From positions 1 to 64,000 of IMG/VR virus record IMGVR_UViG_3300034102_003702: a stretch of DNA of 64,000 nucleotides. One strand, written 5' to 3'. Numbering within the stretch: the first letter of the stretch is position 1; every line of letters begins with the position of its first letter. The position numbers and the translations under genes are program-made. Below are positions 56,330 to 64,000 of the stretch, piece after piece. The notes under the pieces are model-generated. The model was not told the DNA's origin, searched no databases, and was given only the letters and a program-made list of their open reading frames with translations. The stretch comes from an uncultured virus (IMG/VR IMGVR_UViG_3300034102_003702) (taxonomy: Duplodnaviria; Heunggongvirae; Uroviricota; Caudoviricetes).

Positions 56330-58372
56330 ATGGCAGCTCCTGTTTTACAGTTTAAGAGAGGTCTTCTTGCTAATCTTCCCGGTTTAAGGGTAGGTGAACC
56401 TGGTTTTACAACTGATTCATACGACCTTTATGTAGGTATTGATAGTTCTGCAAATAATAATAAGTTCTTTGGTTCTCATAGATATTGGACCAAAGGAACT
56501 GCTTCTACAGGTAGCGGCGTAAATCTTGTAGAAGGAACTTCAAATGGCACTTCATATATCACACTAAAGTCACCAGATTCTCTTGCTGGAATTGTAACTT
56601 ATACACTTCCAGCAACTCCGGTAAATGGTGATGTTCTCACAACAGATGCTAATGGTGTTCTTTCTTGGACATCAGCTCTAGATGAATTAGCAATTACTAA
56701 TCTTGTAAGTGGGATTGGAACTTTTTCAAACAATGTTGCTTTTACTACTACTACTGACAATACTCTTGGTGATGTTAATACTGGTGCGGTTCAAATTGAT
56801 GGTGGAGTAGGAATTGCCAAAAATGTAACTATTGGTGCAGGTCTTTCTGTTACTGGACAATCACATTTTATTGGTACGGCAACATTTTATGGTGGGCAGA
56901 TTAACCTTGGTGATAGTGACACTGACGATATTGTAGTTGCTGGAGAATTTAAGTCTAACTTAATTCCAAGTGATGATGCAACTTATAATCTTGGAAATAT
57001 ATCAAAGAGATGGAATAATGCATCCTTTGCCGGAGTAGGTACATTTGCTACGGGAGCAGTTGTTGATGCTGTTCAGATTGGTATTAGTAATGGCAATACA
57101 ATTGATACTACAATAGGAAAATTAACTCTTAATTCTATAATTGGACTTGTAGAAGTCGCACAACATCTTGATGTTCTTGGTGATTTAGATGTAACTGGTA
57201 ATGTTTATATTGGCGGAACAACAGTTACTCTTCGCGGAACTGATGTCTTTATCGAGAACAAAGATATTGTTCTTGGTTATACAACGACCTCTACACCAAA
57301 TGACACAACTGCAAATCACGCAGGTGTTGCAATTGCATCAACGGAAGGAACTCCATTAGCAAACTTTGATGCTTCTGGAATTAATACTCTTCCAAGCACA
57401 TACAAGCAAATGATGTGGTTCAAGAGTGGAACTCTTGGATTCAGCACTGATGCATTTGGTTTTAACTATGGTGTTGCGATTGGAACCACAACAATGGCGA
57501 ATGGAGTTCGCCTGGCCGTTGGTTCTGGTGTTACTGTTAGTGATACTTCAGTATCTGCTACAACCTTCTACGGTTCTGTAGTTGGTAATGTTTCTTCTGC
57601 AGACCAAGTTAAGACGGTAGATGCGGGTAGTGCAAATGCAGATTATTATCTAACCTTTGTAAATTCAAATAATGGTTCTTCAACCAATGAGATTGTTTAT
57701 ACTGATGATGGCGTTTACTACAATCCAGGTACAAATACTTTTACGACACAATATGGACGTTTTACTGGTAATTTGATAGTTGATGGTGATATTAAAGTTG
57801 GTGGTAATGATATCCAGGCAAGTGATGGCACAACTGCCATTACTTTAAGTGGTGCAGATGTAACTATTGCTGGTGATTTGCAAATTACTGGTAATGATAT
57901 TAAATCAAGCACCGGTGCTACAGCTATTACTCTTGCGGCAAATGATGTTACAATTGCCGATGACTTAACTGTTCAAGGTAATCTTTATGTAAATGGAAGC
58001 ACGACTCAAGTTAATACAACTGCATTAACTGTAGAAGATCGTACTATTGAACTTGGTCGTGTTGATGGAGCTGTTCCATCGTCATCAACTACTTGGGACC
58101 TTGGAGTTCTCTTTAATTATAATGCATCAGGTGCCAAGAAGTCCGCTGTTGTTTGGGAACATTCTGCAACAAGATTCCAGTTTGCAAGTGTTCTTGGTTC
58201 TGATACTGATGGTACTGATGTAAACACTCCTCAACTTTCAGTAACTACCTTTGCTCCTATTGAAATTGGTTCTCTGTGGGTGACTGACTGTGCAGGAACA
58301 TCTCAAGTTATTTCTTGCACTGGAACAACAAGAAATCTTGAGAACATTACGATTGATGCTGGAACTTTTTGA
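56330..58372 (+). CDS. Tail fibre-like protein
   Basis: LQFKRG..L..GEPGFTTD..LYVG N-terminal module; GDL.V.GN fibre repeats. Confidence 0.75.
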   Translation: MAAPVLQFKRGLLANLPGLRVGEPGFTTDSYDLYVGIDSSANNNKFFGSHRYWTKGTASTGSGVNLVEGTSNGTSYITLKSPDSLAGIVTYTLPATPVNGDVLTTDANGVLSWTSALDELAITNLVSGIGTFSNNVAFTTTTDNTLGDVNTGAVQIDGGVGIAKNVTIGAGLSVTGQSHFIGTATFYGGQINLGDSDTDDIVVAGEFKSNLIPSDDATYNLGNISKRWNNASFAGVGTFATGAVVDAVQIGISNGNTIDTTIGKLTLNSIIGLVEVAQHLDVLGDLDVTGNVYIGGTTVTLRGTDVFIENKDIVLGYTTTSTPNDTTANHAGVAIASTEGTPLANFDASGINTLPSTYKQMMWFKSGTLGFSTDAFGFNYGVAIGTTTMANGVRLAVGSGVTVSDTSVSATTFYGSVVGNVSSADQVKTVDAGSANADYYLTFVNSNNGSSTNEIVYTDDGVYYNPGTNTFTTQYGRFTGNLIVDGDIKVGGNDIQASDGTTAITLSGADVTIAGDLQITGNDIKSSTGATAITLAANDVTIADDLTVQGNLYVNGSTTQVNTTALTVEDRTIELGRVDGAVPSSSTTWDLGVLFNYNASGAKKSAVVWEHSATRFQFASVLGSDTDGTDVNTPQLSVTTFAPIEIGSLWVTDCAGTSQVISCTGTTRNLENITIDAGTF

Positions 58373-58391
58373 AGTTTAACTGAAAACTAAT

Positions 58392-58421
58392 AAATAGACC
58401 CAGAGATGGGTCTATTTTTTT
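58392..58421 (+). terminator. Intrinsic terminator
   Basis: AAATAGACCCA-GAGA-TGGGTCTATTT followed by a T run. Confidence 0.75.
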
Positions 58422-58607
58422 ATGAGTGAAGAAGATTTGAAGTTGGTTCTTTCAAAGTATCAACAAAAAACTTTTGAGTTATTCAATCAAAATATCGTAT
58501 TAGAAACTCAAGTAGAAAAACTCAATATTACAGTAAGTGATTTGAGTGCAGAAATTGAGAAACTGAAGAAACCAAAAAGAGGAACAAAAACAGAAGAAGA
58601 TTTTTGA
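58422..58607 (+). CDS. Small coiled-coil protein
   Basis: Heptad-like pattern over 61 aa. Confidence 0.65.
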   Translation: MSEEDLKLVLSKYQQKTFELFNQNIVLETQVEKLNITVSDLSAEIEKLKKPKRGTKTEEDF

Positions 58608-58667
58608 TAAATAATAGAAACTCTTATATAAGAGTTCTACGGTATATACCATCAATGAGAGGATTGA

Positions 58668-60530
58668 ATGGCGGATCCAAATATTAAGATAAAAAGGTCA
58701 GCAGTTCCCGGTAAATCGCCGCAGGTAAGTGATTTGCCTTTGGGAGAACTTGGGCTTAATACATATGATGCAGAGTTATATGCCCGTAGAGAAAGAGCAG
58801 GTATCGGCACCGATATTGTAAGACTTGGTGCTGGAGCAACAGTTACTAATATACTTTATGTTACGCAAGATGGAAGCGACACCAATACAGGAAAAAAACT
58901 TGGAGACGCAAAAAGAACAATCGGAGCAGCACTTACAACAGCAACAACAGGAACAGTTATTAAAATTAGTGCTGGATCTTATCTAGAAAATAATCCTCTC
59001 ACTATTCCAGAGCAAGTATCAATTGTTGGAGATAGTTTAAGAGAAGTATCAGTATCTCCACAGAATGCAAATCAAGACTTGTTCTATGTTTCTAATGGAA
59101 ATTATATTGCAGAGATGTCTTATACAGGCACTCTGAATTCTGGTAAAGCAATCTTTGCATTCAATCCAACTCAAGTAGGATATTTCAATCAGTCACCTTA
59201 TATACAGAACTGCACTAACTTTATTCCAAACAGTATTGGACTAAAGATTGATGGATCAAAGGCAATAGGACCATTAAAGTCAATGGTCCTAGATTCTTAT
59301 ACACAATACAATCAGGGTGGTATTGGTTGCTCAATTACCAATGAAGGTTATGCCCAGTTAGTATCACTATTTACAATTTGCAATGAGACTGCAGTTTATT
59401 GTGGTTCTGGTGCTGCTTGTGATTTAACAAACTCCAACTCTTCATTTGGAAATTATGCACTAGTTGCTGATGGAAGAGGTCCCCTTAAATATACTGGTAT
59501 TGTTACCAGTGCATCTGCAGAGAATTCAGATACTTTTGTTCTAGATTTAAATGTCCCAACTTTAAATGTAACAAATGCTTCTTATAATAATGTAACTGGA
59601 TTAACCACCATTACGGTAGGTTCAAATCATAACTTCAATGTTGGAATGGGAGTTTCGATTGTTGGACTTGCATTTACTTGTTCTTCTGGTCCAGGAATTG
59701 TAACTTATCCCTCAGGAAATAAAGGATATATTTTTGAGGTTGCAGGAGTTCCTTCACCAACTTCTTTTGAAGTTTATGTCGGAGTTTCTACTTTATCACA
59801 TACTTATCAGTCAGGCGGAATAGTAAAAATAAATGTAGTAAGACCTTTTGACGGTCAAGTGATTTACTTTGATACTCTTTATTATACTGTTGGTGGAGTA
59901 ACTGTAAGTTCTGGTGGAACAGGTTACTCCCAGAATGTTGATATTACTTTTGACAATCCTTCTACGCCTTGGGGAATTCCTGCAACTGCCGTAGGAGAAG
60001 TTAAAAATGGTTCTGTAACTTCTGTTGAAATGGTCTCAAATGGTCGTGGTTATACAACGGCACCAGTACTAACCTTCAATTCTCCCGATGTTGGAATAAA
60101 TTCGGCAACAGGAACAGCAAATCTTGTTCCGTCTTATTACGTAATACAATCATCAACACCAATTTCTGCTGGAATCTGTACTATAACTATTACTGATAAT
60201 GTTCCTTATGCAATTGGCGTTGGAACAACAGTTCCTTTCTTTAAGCAAAGTAGAGTATTAGCATCGGGACATTCTCTTGAATATATTGGTTCGGGAACAA
60301 ACATTGCAGCTGCACTTCCACAAAATGGTGGTGTACCAATTCAAGGAAATGAAACTGATTCTCTCAATGGTGGTCTTGTAGTATTTACTTCAACTGACCA
60401 ATCTGGTAATTTTAGAATTGGTGATGGTGTTGTAATTAATCAGCAAACAGGAACCATTAGTGGAACATTCTATTCTAAGAGTTTGTTTTCAACAATGACA
60501 CCATTCATACTCGCACTAGGAGGAGATTAA
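58668..60530 (+). CDS. Tail/fibre structural protein sharing modules with 32029-37863
   Basis: IKIKRS..G..P...L.LGEL.LN, YV...G.D...G...AKRTI..A, SPYIQN, ASGHSLEYIG. Confidence 0.75.
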   Translation: MADPNIKIKRSAVPGKSPQVSDLPLGELGLNTYDAELYARRERAGIGTDIVRLGAGATVTNILYVTQDGSDTNTGKKLGDAKRTIGAALTTATTGTVIKISAGSYLENNPLTIPEQVSIVGDSLREVSVSPQNANQDLFYVSNGNYIAEMSYTGTLNSGKAIFAFNPTQVGYFNQSPYIQNCTNFIPNSIGLKIDGSKAIGPLKSMVLDSYTQYNQGGIGCSITNEGYAQLVSLFTICNETAVYCGSGAACDLTNSNSSFGNYALVADGRGPLKYTGIVTSASAENSDTFVLDLNVPTLNVTNASYNNVTGLTTITVGSNHNFNVGMGVSIVGLAFTCSSGPGIVTYPSGNKGYIFEVAGVPSPTSFEVYVGVSTLSHTYQSGGIVKINVVRPFDGQVIYFDTLYYTVGGVTVSSGGTGYSQNVDITFDNPSTPWGIPATAVGEVKNGSVTSVEMVSNGRGYTTAPVLTFNSPDVGINSATGTANLVPSYYVIQSSTPISAGICTITITDNVPYAIGVGTTVPFFKQSRVLASGHSLEYIGSGTNIAAALPQNGGVPIQGNETDSLNGGLVVFTSTDQSGNFRIGDGVVINQQTGTISGTFYSKSLFSTMTPFILALGGD

Positions 60531-60534
60531 TCAA

Positions 60535-60864
60535 ATGGCACTAGCACTTAACGTATTCAAGACAGTTACTACAGTTGTAAATACAAATCCAACAGAGGTT
60601 TATTCGGCACCTGTCGGATATACGGGTGTCGTCCTTTTAGCGCAAGTTGCAAATATTGGAGTAATTTCTGCAGATGTAACTTTAGTTCATCGTAGAAGTT
60701 CTACTGATACTGAAATGTTAAGGGAATATCCAATCTCAGCAAATGATACTGCAAATCTTCTAGCAGGAAAATTAGTATTAGAAAGTGGAGATAAATTAGT
60801 TCTATCAGGTAGTAATGGAATTACTTTGAAGTTTATTGCAAGTATTCTAGAAACACTTAACTAA
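60535..60864 (+). CDS. Small virion protein
   Basis: YSAP...VVLLAQVAN...GKLVLESGD...SILE; GGAGG upstream. Confidence 0.7.
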   Translation: MALALNVFKTVTTVVNTNPTEVYSAPVGYTGVVLLAQVANIGVISADVTLVHRRSSTDTEMLREYPISANDTANLLAGKLVLESGDKLVLSGSNGITLKFIASILETLN

Positions 60865-60873
60865 TATAAAGAA

Positions 60874-63800
60874 ATGGCAAAGTTCATCAGTAATCGTCAA
60901 AAAAATCTTAAGATTGGTATTAGTTCATATACCGAAAGTCAGACAGTGCTTGAGGTTACTGGTAAGGTTGGTATTGGAAACACAAATGCAACACAAGAAT
61001 TAGATGTTGATGGAAATGTTAGAATTCGTGGTGCAATCTACGATAATAATAATAGTCCCGGAAATAATACATATGTTCCTGTTGCAGATGGTAGTGGTGG
61101 TTGGAGTTGGCAACCAGTTACTCAAGCAGGTGCAGGAACTCTTGATGGCATTGTAGTAAGAGAAGAAGGAAATATTGTAGGAACTGCTGGTAGCGTAACA
61201 AATTTAGACTTTAGAGGAAATAACATAATTGCTATTTCCACTACTGGAGGTGCTATTGCAACGATAAGGGTTTCCGATACTCCAACATTCAATAGTTTGA
61301 CGGTTTCTGGAATTTCTACATTTAATGGATTAGTAGAACTTGATAGTTCTTTAAGAGACTTTTATGGAAATGTAGGTGCTGCAGGTAGTGTTTTAATTGC
61401 TATTGGAGCTGGTGTTTCTTGGGCGGCGCCGGCATCTGTAGGAACGCAAGGTATTCAAGGAACTCAAGGCACTCAAGGTATTCAAGGCACTCAAGGACTT
61501 CAGGGTACTCAGGGAACTCAAGGTGTCCAAGGAACTCAAGGTATCCAAGGAACTCAAGGTATCCAAGGCATTCAAGGATCCACAGGCACTCAAGGTACTC
61601 AAGGAACCCAAGGCATCCAAGGAACTCAAGGTATCCAAGGAACTACTGGAACTCAAGGAACTGATGGAACTCAAGGAACCCAAGGTACTCAAGGTGTCCA
61701 AGGTACTCAAGGTATCCAAGGAACTACTGGAACTCAAGGAACTGATGGAACTCAAGGAACCCAAGGTACTCAAGGAACCCAAGGCATCCAAGGAACTCAA
61801 GGTATCCAAGGAACTACTGGAACTCAAGGAACTCAAGGAACCCAAGGTACTCAAGGTGTCCAAGGTACTCAAGGTATCCAAGGAACTACTGGAACTCAAG
61901 GAACTGATGGAACTCAAGGAACCCAAGGTACTCAAGGTGTCCAAGGTACTCAAGGTATCCAAGGTATCCAAGGAATTACTGGAACTCAAGGTGTTCAAGG
62001 AACTCAAGGTATTCAAGGTGTCCAAGGTACTCAAGGTATCCAAGGAACTACTGGAACTCAAGGAACTCAAGGAACTCAAGGAACTGATGGAACTCAAGGT
62101 ACTCAAGGTACTCAAGGTATTCAAGGTGTCCAAGGTACTCAAGGTATTCAAGGTGTCACAGGTCCAGTAGCAGGTTCTGCCAATCAAATTGTTTATAAAG
62201 ATGGATCAAATAATCCTACCGGGTCTACCAATTTAACTTTTGATGGTTCTAATCTTTATGTTGGTGGAAATATCACAATTGGGGGTACATCATCATATAT
62301 TATATCTAACGAACTTAGAATCAAAGATAAGGATCTTGTAGTTGGTATTGTTACCGATGGTCTTGGTAATGATACCTCTACAGATACAACAGCTAACACG
62401 GGTGGTATTGCAATTGCATCCACAGAAGGTAGTCCATTAGTTAGTTTAAGTTCTGCTGGAGAAGTAACACCAGATACCTATAAGCAGTTAATGTGGTTTA
62501 AGTCTGGTTCCTTTACTGGTCTCAATACTGATGCTTGGATATTTAATTATGGTGTTGGTATTGGTTCTACACAAATTCCATTAGGAGTTAGACTTGCTGC
62601 TGGAGGAATGCAGGTTACTGATTCTACAGTAAGCACTCCACAATTGAGTGTTTCTGGGAGTTCTACATTCACTAACGGACCTGTATTAATAGGTTCAGCA
62701 ACATCAACAGGAACAGCAGATCAAGATCTTCAAGTTACTGGTGGTGCTTATGTTTCTGGTTCTGTTGGAATAGGAACCACAAATGCAACAACAAAATTAC
62801 AAGTTAATGGAACCACAAAGGTAGAAACTTCAATAGGAAGCACTCAATCAGTTTGGTTCAATACATTAGACAGTAAGAGTTATACTGCACAAAATGTTTC
62901 TTTATTAGTTCAACCAGAAACTGTATATAGTTTTGATGCTTCTCAAACTGCTTTTAGATCTTATGAACCAGCAATATTCAGTTCTGCATTAACTTCTGCA
63001 AATGGAAGTTATAATTCAACTCTATATGGACTTGATAACCTTACTAATGTTGCAGGAACTTCATCTGCTGCAAGACTTACTGGAATTGGATTTTATAATT
63101 ATGTTGCTAGAAACAGCACCACTGATGTTTCTTCTTATGCATCTAATTTGCTTTATGGAATTTCTAACATCGTTTTTCAAGGATCTAATGTAGACCAATC
63201 TGTTGTAACTGGATTTGCGTATGGAAATCGTAATCTTGTAGGAGTCCAAAAAGCAACTGCAACTACCATTTATGGAAATTTTACTACAACAAATATTGGT
63301 GCAACAGCAAACTACTCTGCATCATCAACCAGTGCATATGGTCATTATAACCTTATGCAGGTTGGTGCTGCATCAGGAACTGGTATTGGAACTCTCACCA
63401 ATTACTATGGATATTATGGAGCACCAACAGTAGCACTTACAGGACAACTTACAAATTATTATGGTGTATATCTAGCAACTCCAATTGTAAATGGAACTCT
63501 AACCAACCGTTATTCCATTTATAGTTCTGATACATCTTCACAGATGTATCACGCAGGTTCTATTGGAATAGGAACCACAAATCCAACATCAAAACTTACG
63601 GTTCAAGGTGATGTAAGAGTTTCTGGTGCTTCTACATTTGTTGGATTAGTAGAACTTGATAGTTCTTTAAGAGACTTTTATGGAAATGTAGGTGCTGCAG
63701 GTAGTGTTTTAATTGCTACTGGTGCTGGTGTTTCTTGGACAACTCCATTTGCTGCCGGAATTCAAGGTGTCCAAGGAACTCAAGGAATCCAAGGAATCCA

Positions 63801-64000
63801 AGGTGTCCAAGGAACTCAAGGAATCCAAGGTGTCCAAGGAATCCAAGGTGTCCAAGGAACTCAAGGAATCCAAGGTGTCCAAGGAACTCAAGGAATCCAA
63901 GGTGTCCAAGGTATTCTTGGAACTCAAGGAACTACGGGAACACAAGGTATCCAAGGTATTCTTGGAACTCAAGGAACTACGGGAACACAAGGTATCCAAG
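60874..64000 (+). CDS. Collagen-like tail fibre protein (runs off the window end; not in ORF track)
   Basis: Starts [19 protein letters not shown] fibre repeats; G-X-Y tracts at 61441-62160 and from 63757; frame stayed open wherever I translated it. Confidence 0.88.
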   Translation, partial: MAKFISNRQKNLKIGISSYTESQTVLEVTGKVGIGNTNATQELDVDGNVRIRGAIYDNNNSPGNNTYVPVADGSGGWSWQPVTQAGAGTLDGIVVREEGNIVGTAGSVTNLDFRGNNIIAISTTGGAIATIRVSDTPTFNSLTVSGISTFNGLVELDSSLRDFYGNVGAAGSVLIAIGAGVSWAAPASVGTQGIQGTQGTQGIQGTQGLQGTQGTQGVQGTQGIQGTQGIQGIQGSTGTQGTQGTQGIQGTQGIQGTTGTQGTDGTQGTQGTQGVQGTQGIQGTTGTQGTDGTQGTQGTQGTQGIQGTQGIQGTTGTQGTQGTQGTQGVQGTQGIQGTTGTQGTDGTQGTQGTQGVQGTQGIQGIQGITGTQGVQGTQGIQGVQGTQGIQGTTGTQGTQGTQGTDGTQGTQGTQGIQGVQGTQGIQGVTGPVAGSANQIVYKDGSNNPTGSTNLTFDGSNLYVGGNITIGGTSSYIISNELRIKDKDLVVGIVTDGLGNDTSTDTTANTGGIAIASTEGSPLVSLSSAGEVTPDTYKQLMWFKSGSFTGLNTDAWIFNYGVGIGSTQIPLGVRLAAGGMQVTDSTVSTPQLSVSGSSTFTNGPVLIGSATSTGTADQDLQVTGGAYVSGSVGIGTTNATTKLQVNGTTKVETSIGSTQSVWFNTLDSKSYTAQNVSLLVQPETVYSFDASQTAFRSYEPAIFSSALTSANGSYNSTLYGLDNLTNVAGTSSAARLTGIGFYNYVARNSTTDVSSYASNLLYGISNIVFQGSNVDQSVVTGFAYGNRNLVGVQKATATTIYGNFTTTNIGATANYSASSTSAYGHYNLMQVGAASGTGIGTLTNYYGYYGAPTVALTGQLTNYYGVYLATPIVNGTLTNRYSIYSSDTSSQMYHAGSIGIGTTNPTSKLTVQGDVRVSGASTFVGLVELDSSLRDFYGNVGAAGSVLIATGAGVSWTTPFAAGIQGVQGTQGIQGIQGVQGTQGIQGVQGIQGVQGTQGIQGVQGTQGIQGVQGILGTQGTTGTQGIQGILGTQGTTGTQGIQ
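61441..62160 (+). repeat. Collagen-like tract, 80 G-X-Y triplets ([15 protein letters not shown])
   Basis: 9-bp periodic GGNACTCAA-type repeat with a higher-order unit of about 81 bp. Confidence 0.92.
63757..64000 (+). repeat. Second collagen-like tract (truncated by the window end)
   Basis: GIQ GVQ GTQ repeats. Confidence 0.9.

Noticed and set aside
61441..62160. Collagen tract as the substrate of the prolyl hydroxylase
   Set aside because: The tract contains no proline.
61393..63999. ORFs 61393-62187(-), 61419-61664(+), 61523-62170(+) and 63709-63999(-)
   Set aside because: Shadow frames of the 9-bp collagen repeat; the real frame starts at ATG 60874.

Overview
The window is a 64-kb segment of a T4-like (Kyanoviridae-type) cyanomyovirus genome. 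It opens with auxiliary metabolic genes (3' part of psbD, talC, gnd), an HNH nuclease, glutaredoxin, speD, thyX and phoH. Next come the replication/transcription genes gp33, gp59 and gp32, an inverted gp53-gp48-gp2-gp4 block, and a baseplate/tail-hub block (gp26, gp51, two tape-measure-like proteins with lysozyme domains, hub, cp12, gp5-like). Two tRNAs and a Mom-like gene follow, then about 32 kb of tail-fibre and adhesin genes. The most unusual items are: (1) an Ig/Gly-rich protein ending in four tandem Hint (intein-like) domains joined by proline-rich linkers, with complementary loss of catalytic residues in domains 1 and 2, lying tail-to-tail with a prolyl-4-hydroxylase-type gene that has a late-promoter motif; (2) three seven-repeat RCC1-like propeller genes with a near-identical DNA framework and hypervariable loops, interleaved with a glycosyl-/sulfo-/methyl-transferase island; (3) a probable -1 ribosomal frameshift joining gp26 to gp51; (4) a duplicated intergenic motif, a candidate small RNA and a short-arm tRNA-Leu. 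All calls come from motif recognition by eye; no database searches were run.
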